Assembly: GCA_002721445.1 (NCBI GenBank)
Contig: PBKN01000012.1
Coordinates: 8,362 to 72,361, forward strand
Reading direction: 5' to 3'
Length of the DNA: 64,000 bases
Source of the DNA: Chloroflexota bacterium
GTDB taxonomy: Bacteria; Chloroflexota; Dehalococcoidia; Lucifugimonadales; GCA-002723415
A program made the translations under genes and the position numbers. How positions within the stretch are numbered: position 1 is the first letter of the stretch; each line of letters opens with the position of its first letter. Under the pieces are notes generated by a model. It was not told the origin of the DNA. It did no database searches and was given only the letters and a program-made list of their open reading frames with translations. Shown in pieces: positions 19,265-29,837 of this stretch.

Positions 19265-21736
19265 TCAATTAACTACACAATTAATTAATTTATCTTTTAT
19301 ATATATAATTTTTTTTATTTCTTTACCTGAAATATATTGATTAACTCGTTCTCTTTGTAATGCAATTTCTTTTATTTCACTTTCATTTAAATCAGATGTA
19401 ACATTTATTTTATCTCTAAATTTCCCATTAACCTGTATAATTATAGTTTTAGTATCTAATTCTAAATGCTTTAAACTCCATTGAGGCCATTTTTCATTAT
19501 GGACACTATATTTATATCCTTGTAAATACCATAGCTCTTCTGCCATATGAGGGGCAAATGGAGCAAGTAAAATAATTAATTTATTTTTAATATCATTCCA
19601 AATAACCTTGTTAATTGATTTTGTATTTAACTTTTCATTTATCCAATTGGTTAATTCCATTAAAGAAGCTATAGATGTATTAAATTTAAACTTTTCTAAA
19701 TCTTCTGTGACTTTACGAATAGTCTTATTAATTATATATGAAGCTTCTTTTTCTAATTTACTATCTTGATTATTAATAATAAGATTACTTTTATCTTTAT
19801 TAAATATTTCCCATACCCTATTAATCCAGCGAGACATACCTCTAAGTCCACTATCTGACCACTCTCCTCCTTGATCCCAAGGCCCTATAAACATTAAATA
19901 ACACCTGACCACATCTGCACCAACTTGATTAACATATTCATCCGGTGAAACTACGTTGCCTTTTGATTTACTCATTTTTTGACTGCCCGAAATTATATGA
20001 CCTTGGTTAAAAAGTTTTTTAAATGGTTCATCAATATTAATCAAACCTAAATCTCTTAAAGCTTTAACAAAAAATCTAGAATACAATAGGTGCATAACTG
20101 CATGCTCTGCACCACCTGTGTATTGATCAACTGAACCCCATTCTAATATTTTATTTCTATCAAAAATACCTTCTTTATAATTTGGACTTAAGTATCTGAA
20201 AAAATACCATGAAGAATCTACAAAAGTATCCATAGTATCAGTTTCTCTTTTTGCTTCTAAATTACAATTAGGACAAATAGTATTTACAAAATCTAAACTT
20301 GTAGATAATGGAGATTCTCCTGTAGGTAAAAATTCAGCATTTTCAGGTAATAGTACAGGCAAATCTTTTTCAGGCACAGGTACAATCCCACAATCATTAC
20401 AATAAATAATAGGAATTGGAGTACCCCAATATCTTTGTCTAGAAATCAACCAATCACGCATCTTATAATTTATAGACCTTTTTCCATATCCTCTATTTTC
20501 AATATAATCTGCAATTTTATTTTTAGCTTCTATGTTTGACAAGCCATCAAATTTACCTGAATTAACCATAACTCCATCAGACAAGTATGCTTCCAAAATA
20601 TCTTTATTTTTGCTTGTAGGATCTTGAACCACCAGCTTAATCTCTAATTTATATTTTTTCGCAAATTTATAATCTCTTTGATCATGAGATGGGACACCCA
20701 TAACTACACCAGTTCCATAGCTTAAAAGAACATAATCTGCTACAAAAATTGGTATACGGTCTCCATTTAATCTATTCGTACAATAAGAACCAGTAAATAC
20801 ACCAGTTTTATCTTTATCAGTAGATAATCGTTCTATTTCAGAAGATTTACTTGCTTCATAAATATATGACTTTACTTGATCAATATTATCTGAAGTGGTC
20901 AATTGAGTTACTAAAGGATGCTCTGGCGCTATAACTATAAAAGTGACTCCAAATATAGTATCTATTCTAGTAGTAAATGTATTTATAAATTTTTGGTCTA
21001 GTGAATATTCCGAAATATCAAAACTTATCTCAACTCCTTCACTCTTCCCAATCCAATTCATCTGCATTGATTTAATTTTTTCTGGCCAATCAATTTTAGA
21101 TTGATCTAAAAGCTCATCAGCATATTGAGTAATTTTAAAAAACCACTGATTTAAATCACGTTTTATAACTTCAGTATCGCATCTTTCACATAAACCACTT
21201 TCCAAAACTTGTTCATTAGCTAAAACTGTATTACATGAATCACACCAATTAGCTGGAGCATAAGATCTGTAAGCTAATCCTGATTTATACAGCTGCAAAA
21301 AGACCCATTGATTCCATTTATAATAATCAGGTTTACAAGTAACTATTTCTCTATCCCAATCATAAATAGTACCCATTGATTTCAATTGTCGACGCATATT
21401 TTCTATATTTTGCATTGTCCATTTATATGGATGTATACCATGCTTTATCGCAGCATTTTCAGCAGGTAATCCAAAAGCATCGAAACCCATAGGATGAAGA
21501 ACATTATATCCTTGCATTCTGCGAAATCTTGCACGTGTATCAGAAGGTGTCATAGCATACCAATGCCCAATATGCATATCGCCTGAAGGATATGGATACA
21601 TAGTTAATTCATACCATTTAGGTTTATCGTCTTTATCGTTGACTTTATATAATTTATCTTTAAACCATTTATTTTGCCATTTTTGTTCAATTTTTTGATG
21701 AGGATAACGATCGGCAAATAAATCGGATGATTCCAT
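19265..21736 (-). CDS. leuS: Leucine--tRNA ligase
   Basis: 823 aa, bacterial type. PYPSGDMHIGH (HIGH) and KMSKSKGN motifs. Confidence 0.97.
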   Translation of the reverse strand: MESSDLFADRYPHQKIEQKWQNKWFKDKLYKVNDKDDKPKWYELTMYPYPSGDMHIGHWYAMTPSDTRARFRRMQGYNVLHPMGFDAFGLPAENAAIKHGIHPYKWTMQNIENMRRQLKSMGTIYDWDREIVTCKPDYYKWNQWVFLQLYKSGLAYRSYAPANWCDSCNTVLANEQVLESGLCERCDTEVIKRDLNQWFFKITQYADELLDQSKIDWPEKIKSMQMNWIGKSEGVEISFDISEYSLDQKFINTFTTRIDTIFGVTFIVIAPEHPLVTQLTTSDNIDQVKSYIYEASKSSEIERLSTDKDKTGVFTGSYCTNRLNGDRIPIFVADYVLLSYGTGVVMGVPSHDQRDYKFAKKYKLEIKLVVQDPTSKNKDILEAYLSDGVMVNSGKFDGLSNIEAKNKIADYIENRGYGKRSINYKMRDWLISRQRYWGTPIPIIYCNDCGIVPVPEKDLPVLLPENAEFLPTGESPLSTSLDFVNTICPNCNLEAKRETDTMDTFVDSSWYFFRYLSPNYKEGIFDRNKILEWGSVDQYTGGAEHAVMHLLYSRFFVKALRDLGLINIDEPFKKLFNQGHIISGSQKMSKSKGNVVSPDEYVNQVGADVVRCYLMFIGPWDQGGEWSDSGLRGMSRWINRVWEIFNKDKSNLIINNQDSKLEKEASYIINKTIRKVTEDLEKFKFNTSIASLMELTNWINEKLNTKSINKVIWNDIKNKLIILLAPFAPHMAEELWYLQGYKYSVHNEKWPQWSLKHLELDTKTIIIQVNGKFRDKINVTSDLNESEIKEIALQRERVNQYISGKEIKKIIYIKDKLINCVVN

Positions 21737-21771
21737 TATTTTTACTCCAACACTTTTAAAATATATAAAAA

Positions 21772-22845
21772 CTAATATAAGTCTTTAATATAATCAACTA
21801 CTGAATCCCCAACTTTAGAAGTAGAAGATGTTCCTCCTAAATCTTTAGTCAAAATATTTCCCTCTTTAATTAATTGTTCTACAGCACTTTGTATAATTTT
21901 AGAAGAGCTACTTTCTCCTAAATGGTCTAACATCATTGCTCCAGAAAAAATAGTGGCCAAAGGATTTGACACACCTTGATCTATTATATCTGGGGCACTC
22001 CCATGAACTGGTTCAAACATAGAAGGAAAATTACGAGATGGATCAATATTTCCACTAGGAGCTAATCCCATACTCCCAGTAATTATTGCTCCAATATCTG
22101 TTAAAATATCGCCAAATAAATTACTCGCAACTACTACATCAAAAACTTCTGGTTTACGAATAAAATCCATACATGCTGCATCAACTAATAAAGATTCAGT
22201 TTTTATATCTGGATAATTTCTTGCAATATTATCAAATGCTCTATCCCATACAACCATTCCATATCCTTGAGCATTTGATTTCGTTACTGAAGTTACTAAT
22301 TTCTTATTTCCTCTTTTGCGTGCAAGCTGAAAAGCATAATTTATTACTCTTTCACAACCTCTTTTAGTAAATACTCCTGTTTGAATCCCAATTTCGTTAG
22401 AATCACCAAAGTACTGAAATCCACCAATATTAGCATATTCTCCTTCAGTGTTTTCTCTTATAACAACAAAATCTATTTCACCAGCCTTATAACCTTTGAG
22501 AGGGGAAGTTACACCTTGGTATAAAGTAGATGGACGTTCACAAACATATTGATCAAATTTCCTTCTTATTGGTAATAACAACCCATTTAAAGTAATGTGA
22601 TCTTGTAATTCAGGATGGCCTACAGCACCTAAATATATTGAATCAAAATTCAATAATTGATTGAGCCCATCATCTGGCATCATAAATCCGTTTTTGAAAT
22701 AATAATCAGAGCCCCAATCAAATTCAACAAAAGAAAAACTTATATTACTATTTTTCGAAATAAAATTTAATACTTTTAAGCCTTCCTCAATTACTTCAGG
22801 CCCTATGCCATCTCCTCTTATAACTGCTATATTATATTCTGACAT
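21772..22845 (-). CDS. Isocitrate/isopropylmalate dehydrogenase family, tartrate/D-malate dehydrogenase-like paralog
   Basis: IAVIRGDGIGPEV and NLFGDILTDIGA..GS.GLAPS motifs. About 357 aa from ATG 22845, which has GGAG 5 nt upstream. The longer track start at 22860 overlaps the NUDIX stop. Confidence 0.8.
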   Translation of the reverse strand: MSEYNIAVIRGDGIGPEVIEEGLKVLNFISKNSNISFSFVEFDWGSDYYFKNGFMMPDDGLNQLLNFDSIYLGAVGHPELQDHITLNGLLLPIRRKFDQYVCERPSTLYQGVTSPLKGYKAGEIDFVVIRENTEGEYANIGGFQYFGDSNEIGIQTGVFTKRGCERVINYAFQLARKRGNKKLVTSVTKSNAQGYGMVVWDRAFDNIARNYPDIKTESLLVDAACMDFIRKPEVFDVVVASNLFGDILTDIGAIITGSMGLAPSGNIDPSRNFPSMFEPVHGSAPDIIDQGVSNPLATIFSGAMMLDHLGESSSSKIIQSAVEQLIKEGNILTKDLGGTSSTSKVGDSVVDYIKDLY

Positions 22846-22856
22846 ATAATCTCCAT

Positions 22857-23336
22857 TCATTTTTTTTCTGCATATTCAAAAGCTTTAATAGCAAGTGACT
22901 TTACATCTTCAGGTATAGTTTTAAATGAGCCATCAGGTGTCATTAAAGGCAAATCTCTCAATAAATCCTCCTTTAACACCCATAGCCAATCAGGTTTTAA
23001 TGAATATTTTTTTTCAACTAATTTACAAAAATATATCATATCTATATGGTTATGATTACCTATAATTTTATCTGAAATTTTTTCTAACATAATAATAAAT
23101 GGTGGTTCAATCTGAATAGGATCATCAAAATCTAATCTTTCCCTAGTATTTAATATTTCTACTTTAAGACCGGTTTCTTCAAAAACCTCTCTCAACACTG
23201 TTTGAGCTGGGTCTTCATTACTTTCTATATGTCCTCCAGGAGGTAACCAAGCTAAAACTTTAGGATGCCAATGAAGTAAAATAGCATTAGAATCTACAAC
23301 AAATCCTGTTGCAGTAAAATGACGTATATTACTCAT
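22857..23336 (-). CDS. NUDIX hydrolase
   Basis: Nudix box GGHIESNEDPAQTVLREVFEETGL. ATG 23336 is preceded by GAGGT at 7 nt. The longer TTG start overlaps that SD. Confidence 0.85.
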   Translation of the reverse strand: MSNIRHFTATGFVVDSNAILLHWHPKVLAWLPPGGHIESNEDPAQTVLREVFEETGLKVEILNTRERLDFDDPIQIEPPFIIMLEKISDKIIGNHNHIDMIYFCKLVEKKYSLKPDWLWVLKEDLLRDLPLMTPDGSFKTIPEDVKSLAIKAFEYAEKK

Positions 23337-23362
23337 AAAAAATACCTCAACCAAGAGAGAAA

Positions 23363-23435
23363 TGGCCCCAACGGAATTCGAATCCGTGTTTGCGCCTTGA
23401 AAGGGCGCTGTCCTAGGCCTCTAGACGATGGGGCC
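23363..23435 (-). tRNA. tRNA-Glu (anticodon UUC)
   Basis: Reverse complement GGCCCCATCGTCTAGAGGCCTAGGACAGCGCCCTTTCAAGGCGCAAACACGGATTCGAATTCCGTTGGGGCCA folds as a cloverleaf: 7-bp acceptor GGCCCCA/TGGGGCC, anticodon stem GCGCC/GGCGC with loop CTTTCAA, T arm ACGGA-TTCGAAT-TCCGT. Close to the E. coli tRNA-Glu pattern. No encoded 3' CCA. Confidence 0.9.
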
Positions 23436-23469
23436 ACAATAATTATTGAATATATGAATTATAATTCTT

Positions 23470-24504
23470 TTATGGGTATATAGCCAACTGTTTTAATCCC
23501 TCATCTTCATTAAATCCACACATAATATTCATATTTTGTACAGCTTGACCTGCAGCACCTTTAACTAAGTTATCTATAGAACTTATAACTATTATTTTTT
23601 TTGAAATATTATCAAGATATGGATATATAACACAGTTATTAGTCCCTAAAGTCTGTTTAGTCATTGGTGAAGAATCTATAATTTCAACAAATGGATGGTC
23701 TAAATAAAAATCTTTAAACAAATCTAAAAGTTGTATTTGCCCTTTATCACCTTCACTCAATACATTTTCTTTGAGAGAAGTATAAGATGTAGCTAATATT
23801 CCTCTTACCATAGGAGAAAGATGCGGGACAAAAGTTATACTAGTGTTTAGATTTGGATTTATTAAATCTAACTCTTGTTTGATTTCAGGCATATGCCTGT
23901 GATTGTTAACTGAATATGCTAGCATATTTTCTGTCATTTCAGAAAAATGAGTTTTTAATGCCAAAGCTCTTCCTGCACCAGAAACTCCAGATTTTGCATC
24001 TATAATAATATCATTAGTAATGATTTTATTATTAACTAAAGGAGCTAAGGCTAATATAGATGCGGTAGGATAACATCCAGGATTTGCTACTAAATTTGAA
24101 GATTCAATTTCATCTCTATATATTTCTGGTAAACCATATACTGATTTTTTCAGAATACTTGGATACAAGTGATCGTAATCATACCAAATTTTATATTGTT
24201 CTTTATTTTTCAACCTAAAATCTGCACTTATATCAACAATTTTCGTGTCTTTATCAATGTAATTTTTTATTTTTTCTGCACTAGCAGAATGTGGCAATGC
24301 AGAAAAAATAAATTTAACATTAGGATCTAATTCTTCAGTTATTCTTAAATTAACCTGAGAAAGATGTGGGAAAACTTCACCTAGCATTTTACCAACTGAA
24401 CTTCTACCAGTAACTGAAACTATATCCACTTCTTTATGTTGATATAAAATACGAGCTAGCTCAGAACCAGCATAACCAGTAACATTAATTATTCCAACTT
24501 TCAT
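23470..24504 (-). CDS. argC: N-acetyl-gamma-glutamyl-phosphate reductase
   Basis: 344 aa. GYAGSEL N-terminus and active-site NPGCYPTA. Confidence 0.93.
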   Translation of the reverse strand: MKVGIINVTGYAGSELARILYQHKEVDIVSVTGRSSVGKMLGEVFPHLSQVNLRITEELDPNVKFIFSALPHSASAEKIKNYIDKDTKIVDISADFRLKNKEQYKIWYDYDHLYPSILKKSVYGLPEIYRDEIESSNLVANPGCYPTASILALAPLVNNKIITNDIIIDAKSGVSGAGRALALKTHFSEMTENMLAYSVNNHRHMPEIKQELDLINPNLNTSITFVPHLSPMVRGILATSYTSLKENVLSEGDKGQIQLLDLFKDFYLDHPFVEIIDSSPMTKQTLGTNNCVIYPYLDNISKKIIVISSIDNLVKGAAGQAVQNMNIMCGFNEDEGLKQLAIYP

Positions 24505-24566
24505 TTAAGCCTCAATAATAAATACTATATGAATTAGATTACTATTATACAGTAAAAATCAAATTA

Positions 24567-25247
24567 TTATTCTTTTGATGGGCAAATAGTAGACAAAACA
24601 CATGAAGCACATTTAGGCCCTCTGGCCTGGCAAACTTCTCTACCATGCCTAATAAGATTCATGTGAAATGAAAATACTTTATCTGGTTTAATCATTTCTT
24701 CTAAAATCTCATGTGCATCATCAGCATTGATTTTATTATTAATAAAGCCTAACCTTTTTGAAAGACGAAAAATATGTGTGTCTACAGGCATTACAGGCAT
24801 ACCAAAAGAAAAACATAGAACTATTGCAGCAGTTTTGGGGCCTATACCAGGTAAAGATTTAAGCCATGACTTAGCCTCATCTATATCCATTTCTGATAAA
24901 AAAGAAAGATCGAATGAACCTATATTTTCGTAAATAATTTGGAGGACTTCTTTTATTCTAGATGCTTTTATTTTTGCTAGGCCTCCTCTATAAATTGCCG
25001 ATTCTACACTTTTAACAGGTGCATCTTTTAATAATTCAAAAGATTTAAATTTTTTAATTAAGCTATTAAATGCTCTAATAGAATTAATGTCAGAAGTATG
25101 TTGAGATAATATTGTATACACTAATTCAGATATGGGATCCCTTCTAGCTTCCCAATCAATTTCACCATATTCTTTTTGCAATAATTTTATTGTTTTATTA
25201 ATTTGTTTAATTTTTGAAGCAGTATCTTTTGAATTGCTTTTAATCAA
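24567..25247 (-). CDS. nth: Endonuclease III family HhH-GPD DNA glycosylase
   Basis: 226 aa. HhH LPGIGPKTA, catalytic PVDTH region and C-terminal 4Fe-4S Cys ladder CQARGPKCASCVLSTIC. Confidence 0.9.
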   Translation of the reverse strand: MIKSNSKDTASKIKQINKTIKLLQKEYGEIDWEARRDPISELVYTILSQHTSDINSIRAFNSLIKKFKSFELLKDAPVKSVESAIYRGGLAKIKASRIKEVLQIIYENIGSFDLSFLSEMDIDEAKSWLKSLPGIGPKTAAIVLCFSFGMPVMPVDTHIFRLSKRLGFINNKINADDAHEILEEMIKPDKVFSFHMNLIRHGREVCQARGPKCASCVLSTICPSKE

Positions 25248-25293
25248 ACCTTACCTCGTTTTAAATATATAATGATAAACATTTATACTTTAA

Positions 25294-26280
25294 TTGATAT
25301 ATAATAACAAAATTAATTATATATCAATCTTAATAAGGATATGTAGCTTGGATGTAATAAATTTAATCAATAATATATCTGATGATAATATACCTTACAA
25401 ACATTCAGACTTAATCCATATTTCAAGTATTAACAAAAAACAATTAGAAGTATTTTTCAAAACTTGGAAAGGTATTTCTAAAACACGAAAAATAGATTTA
25501 TTAAAAAAATTCATTTTATTATCTGAAGAAAATGTTGAACTAGACTATTCTCAAATATTTATAAGATTTCTAACAGATGAAGAACCTGAAATTAACCAAC
25601 TCTCACTTGAAGGCTTATGGGAATATGAAGGTAGAGAAATAATTGATCCAGTTATAAGTTTACTTGATAAAATTCACTCTGTTGAAGTAAGAATTTCTGC
25701 TATTTCACTTTTAGGTATATATATCATGCATGCTCTAGATAAAAAAATAATTAAAAGAGATGCTGATAAAATAATTAATCAACTTAAGTTAATATTTAAA
25801 AATGAAAAAGATATAAATATAAGAAAAAAAGTGCTCGAAGCTATATCTCCTTATGGAGATGAAGAAATAAACATATTTATAAATCAAACATATAAATCAA
25901 ATAATATAGAGTTTAAAAAAAGTGCTATATTCTCAATGGGTCAAACTTACAACGAAAAGTGGTTACCTAAAATATTATCAGAATTAGATTCTATTAATCC
26001 TGGTATTAGATTTGAGGCAGTAAATGCTTATGCTAAACTTTGCAATTCAAATAATATTTCTCCTATAGTTAAACTTATAAAAGATAATGATCATGAAATA
26101 AGAATAGCCACGTTAAATGCTATAGGTGTAATTGGTGGAGAAACATCAATAAAATTTCTTGAAACCATTTCGAACAAATCTAATTCCAGTCTATCTAAAG
26201 CAGCAAATGAAATATTAAAGAATATAAAATCTGAAGAAAATTATTCCTTCTTCACTCCAATAGAAATAAATCCAAATTAA
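25294..26280 (+). CDS. HEAT (PBS-lyase-like) repeat protein
   Basis: Repeated E..R..A...L/I motifs (IRFEAVNAYAKL, HEIRIATLNAIGVIGGE). The likely real start is the in-frame TTG at 25348, 8 nt after AAGGA. Confidence 0.6.
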   Translation: MIYNNKINYISILIRICSLDVINLINNISDDNIPYKHSDLIHISSINKKQLEVFFKTWKGISKTRKIDLLKKFILLSEENVELDYSQIFIRFLTDEEPEINQLSLEGLWEYEGREIIDPVISLLDKIHSVEVRISAISLLGIYIMHALDKKIIKRDADKIINQLKLIFKNEKDINIRKKVLEAISPYGDEEINIFINQTYKSNNIEFKKSAIFSMGQTYNEKWLPKILSELDSINPGIRFEAVNAYAKLCNSNNISPIVKLIKDNDHEIRIATLNAIGVIGGETSIKFLETISNKSNSSLSKAANEILKNIKSEENYSFFTPIEINPN

Positions 26281-26308
26281 TTGATTTAAGCTTAGAAAAA
26301 CTAATTTA

Positions 26309-27250
26309 ATGACAATGTTAAAAAAATCAAATGATCATATCTGTGTAATTGGATCAGGCATAATTGGATCAGGCATAGCTTTAGATTTTGCTTTATCAGA
26401 TTATAAAGTAAAATTGATTACACGAACAAAAGAAAGTATAAAAAAGGCAAAAAGATTAATTACTGACGATATAAATTTTTTATTGAAAATTAAAAAAATA
26501 AGTGATAATGAAATTAAAAAAATAAAAAAGAAAATAGAATTTTCTTATTCAATAGAAAATTCTGTTAAAAACAGCCCTTTAATTATAGAAGCTATATATG
26601 AAAACCTACCTGATAAAATAGAATTATTTTCAAAACTAGATAAAGTATGTAATCCTGAGACCATAATTACCAGTAGCACTTCTAGTTTTCTGCCTGAGCA
26701 ATTTCAATTAAGCTCTAATCGTCAAAAAAACATAATTTTAACTCATTATATTAATCCGCCATATATTATTCCTTTAGTTGAAATTGTTCCTGGAAGTAAA
26801 AGTTCAGATAAAACCATATCTGCAGTATATGAATTACTAAAATCAATAAATAAAAAACCTGTTATCCTCGATAAACCTATACCAGGTTTTATATCTGTAA
26901 GATTACAAGTTGCCTTAATTAGAGAAGCTCTTTATTTGATCGATAATAATCTTGCAAGTGCTAAACAAATAGATGATGTAATCAAATACAGTATTGGTAG
27001 AAGGTGGGCAACATCTGGTTTATTAAAAACACTAGATCTAGGTGGCTGGGATGTTCAATCTAATATATATAAAACCCTTGTAACTGAATTATCCGATTCA
27101 AAAAATATTCCGAAAATACTTAAATCTAATCTACTTGAAAAAAAATTAGGAACTAAATCACAAGAAGGCTTCTATAAATGGACACCAGAAGAAATAATAG
27201 AAATAAAAACAAATATTGCTAAAATTTCTTATTATTTAGACAAATTTTAG
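26309..27250 (+). CDS. 3-hydroxyacyl-CoA dehydrogenase family NAD-binding protein
   Basis: 313 aa. VIGSGIIGSGIA Rossmann motif, HYINPPYIIPLVEIV and a C-terminal dimerisation domain pattern. Confidence 0.8.
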   Translation: MTMLKKSNDHICVIGSGIIGSGIALDFALSDYKVKLITRTKESIKKAKRLITDDINFLLKIKKISDNEIKKIKKKIEFSYSIENSVKNSPLIIEAIYENLPDKIELFSKLDKVCNPETIITSSTSSFLPEQFQLSSNRQKNIILTHYINPPYIIPLVEIVPGSKSSDKTISAVYELLKSINKKPVILDKPIPGFISVRLQVALIREALYLIDNNLASAKQIDDVIKYSIGRRWATSGLLKTLDLGGWDVQSNIYKTLVTELSDSKNIPKILKSNLLEKKLGTKSQEGFYKWTPEEIIEIKTNIAKISYYLDKF

Positions 27251-27261
27251 TATATCTAATT

Positions 27262-27672
27262 TTACAAAATACCAACAGCTTTAATTTCAACTAAATATTC
27301 ATCACTTACTAAAGATTCTACAACAAGTAAAGTATTTGCAGGATAATCATGATTAGGATAATAATTAGAGAAAACTTCTTTTCTAGCATCTAAAAAAGGT
27401 TTGATCGATTCTTTTCCAACTAAATAAGTTGTAAATTCTAATATATCGCTCATGTCAGCACTCTGACTATTTAATATAAGTTGAATATTTCTAAATGTCT
27501 GAACAGTTTGCTTGAATACATCATTTTTCCCAACTAGGGTTCCGTTTATATCTACACCTACTTGACCAGAGATAAAAATTAATTCATCCTTATTAGATTT
27601 AACTGCCTGAGAATATAAACCAAGAGCTCTTGGTGCTTTTTTCGTATTTATAATTGACTTAGTTCTAACCAT
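27262..27672 (-). CDS. ridA: RidA/YjgF/UK114 family reactive-intermediate deaminase
   Basis: APRALGLYSQAV, ISGQVG and a C-terminal LVEIKAV pattern. 136 aa from ATG 27672 (AAGGAG upstream). The 155-aa track ORF adds an implausible basic leader. Confidence 0.85.
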   Translation of the reverse strand: MVRTKSIINTKKAPRALGLYSQAVKSNKDELIFISGQVGVDINGTLVGKNDVFKQTVQTFRNIQLILNSQSADMSDILEFTTYLVGKESIKPFLDARKEVFSNYYPNHDYPANTLLVVESLVSDEYLVEIKAVGIL

Positions 27673-27899
27673 ATTTGTTTTTTCTCCTTTACAATAAAAA
27701 TTATAATAACCTCTCTTAAATCTCTTCACTTATACGATAAGTTCAAACAATTCATGCTAACTATGATTCAAGGAGTTTAATGATGTAATTAAAATATTAA
27801 TAGCCTAGTTATACGCATACTTTTATTTAAAGTGCAACAAGCCTTAATCCACCAAATACTATTATTTGTCTTTCAGTGATATTTACTGTTTTCTCCTCA

Positions 27900-29279
27900 T
27901 TAATTTATATTATCTAGAATAGTTTGTCGTAATTGTGGTGCTCGAATAGATACTTCTCGGGCGATTTCATTTTCATCGACATTTAAAATTTTACTATTAC
28001 GCATGACTATCTGGCCATTAATAATCACGTCATTTACATCACTCCCACGTAAAGAATTTACAATCGCAAAGTAAGGATCGTCTATTGGTAAAGCATTGAG
28101 TCCCGGATTCAGAATCAGCAAGTCAGCGCGTTTTCCTGTTTCTAGCGAGCCAATTTCTTCATCAAGCCCACAAACACTTGCTCCTCCCAAAGTGGCCATT
28201 TTTACTAGCTCAAAAGGACTGATAACATTATCATCTAAATATGGGGTTCCATAATGTAGAGATTGAGCAATACCCGATAATTTCATGGCTTCAAATAAAT
28301 CCAATGAACCACGATTAGCTCCATCTGTACCTATTCCTATTTTAATACCTAACTTCTTCATTTGAACAAGTTTTGCCATACCTAAAGATGAAAAATTAGG
28401 AGATGGGCAATGAGCCACCCCTACTTGATGTTTGGCATATAGATCTACTTCTTTGTCGCTGAGCAAAACAGAATGGGCAGCGATTACATTTGAATTTAAG
28501 AATTCCAGGCTTGCAAGGTAATTTGCGGGTCTCATTCCATGATGGTCCTGAGCATGATAAATTTCATAGTGACCTTCATTGGCATGTGTTTGTACCATAG
28601 TGCTATATTCTTCTGCCATTTCAGCTGTTTTTTGTATTAGTTGTGGTGTACAAACTGTGATTTGCCGTAATGAGAAAACACCGCGAAGAAGACTATCATC
28701 ATCATTATTTTTGAATGGCCATCGTTGTACTACTTCTAGGTTTTTTTCAATTGCTTCTTCAGTCGAAAATAACATGTTATCTGGTAAATTCGGCAATCCA
28801 GTATCCATATCCATAGTAGAAATAGCTATAAGACCACGTATACCAACATTTTCTGCTGCTTTTACTAACTGTTCGGGATGACGTCCACCGTGTTCTGCAA
28901 AACAAGTAGTCCCAACACGTATTAAATTGCTATAAGCTGCTACACCACTTAAATATACATCTTCAGGAGTTAATTGTGACTCAAATGGAATGAGATAGTT
29001 CTTCCAAAAAGGATGTCGTGTTCCACTTCGAGCAATAGCAGCTCCCATTCCTCGCATCAAGTGCTGACATGTGTGGAAATGAGAATCTATCAGACCAGGC
29101 ATAATAATTTTTCCAGTTGCGTCAATTACCTGATCTACAGTTGTTTCAATATCTGAAGTGGTTTCATTTTGCGGAGCAATTGAAACAATTCGTGTTCCTT
29201 GTATAAGAATATGTCCATTATAAATAACACCCGATGATCCCATACTCACAATCGTGGCATTTTTTATCAATATATTCAT
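27900..29279 (-). CDS. Amidohydrolase superfamily, chlorohydrolase/aminohydrolase-like (MtaD/SsnA/guanine-deaminase-like)
   Basis: 459 aa. PGLIDSHFHTCQHLMRG (HxH metal site), HANE, AHSV/HC and GTDGA motifs. Codon usage differs from its neighbours: every Arg I translated by hand is CGN. Confidence 0.85.
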   Translation of the reverse strand: MNILIKNATIVSMGSSGVIYNGHILIQGTRIVSIAPQNETTSDIETTVDQVIDATGKIIMPGLIDSHFHTCQHLMRGMGAAIARSGTRHPFWKNYLIPFESQLTPEDVYLSGVAAYSNLIRVGTTCFAEHGGRHPEQLVKAAENVGIRGLIAISTMDMDTGLPNLPDNMLFSTEEAIEKNLEVVQRWPFKNNDDDSLLRGVFSLRQITVCTPQLIQKTAEMAEEYSTMVQTHANEGHYEIYHAQDHHGMRPANYLASLEFLNSNVIAAHSVLLSDKEVDLYAKHQVGVAHCPSPNFSSLGMAKLVQMKKLGIKIGIGTDGANRGSLDLFEAMKLSGIAQSLHYGTPYLDDNVISPFELVKMATLGGASVCGLDEEIGSLETGKRADLLILNPGLNALPIDDPYFAIVNSLRGSDVNDVIINGQIVMRNSKILNVDENEIAREVSIRAPQLRQTILDNIN

Positions 29280-29488
29280 AGATTACCTACACAACTATCT
29301 TATAAGTTGAGTTTCTATTTCTTTATTTTCAGTTGATACCATACCTATTCATTTCGATTAGATAAATATTACAACAGTTGTCATTAAAAGAGATAGGGGT
29401 TTTATATTAAAAGTATATCTATATCATATTGAATACATGTACTTTATAGAGCCTCTCATAACATATCATATATAGGTATTTAAATTTG

Positions 29489-29791
29489 TTATGTTGATTG
29501 ATACCCTTCAGTCCAATACGAAATATATTCACCATCCACCCAAGTTGGCTCTGAATCAAGATGTTCCATTATCTTTTGAAAATTTTCATGTTGGTCAGGA
29601 TTATTCGCATTTGCCAAATGCGCTTCCTTACTTTCAAAAACTGCAACTCCAATCCATTCAGGTTGATTATCAGGATTCATTAAAAACCAACTTATTCCTC
29701 CAGCAGGAGGCTCTTCTCTAGAATTGAAAACTGCTAACAATTGGTCTTCATGACCAGCTTTTACCTTCATTGTAAAAATAGTGCCATACAT
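29489..29791 (-). CDS. Small ABM/Dabb-like (ferredoxin-fold) protein
   Basis: 100 aa. Good SD (GAGAGG 7 nt upstream). FESKEAHLANANNPDQHENF resembles antibiotic-biosynthesis-monooxygenase domains. Preferred over the opposite-strand 76-aa ORF. Confidence 0.45.
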   Translation of the reverse strand: MYGTIFTMKVKAGHEDQLLAVFNSREEPPAGGISWFLMNPDNQPEWIGVAVFESKEAHLANANNPDQHENFQKIMEHLDSEPTWVDGEYISYWTEGYQST

Positions 29792-29837
29792 AAAAATACC
29801 TCTCTTTTAATTTAAAGACTTTCAAGTAATAAGTTCT

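Noticed and set aside
28579-28881. 100-aa plus-strand ORF inside the amidohydrolase gene. Similar antisense ORFs occur at 31331-31657, 31931-32158, 35107-35388, 35850-36188, 38948-39148, 40891-41169, 44126-44386, 46946-47134, 50784-50975 and 54839-55093.
   Set aside because: Each is fully contained antisense in a CDS with clear family motifs. None has an SD or a recognisable domain.
29491-29721. 76-aa plus-strand ORF overlapping the 100-aa minus-strand ORF
   Set aside because: The minus-strand ORF has a well-spaced GAGAGG SD, native codon usage and an ABM-like pattern. The plus-strand product is Q/L-rich with no SD.
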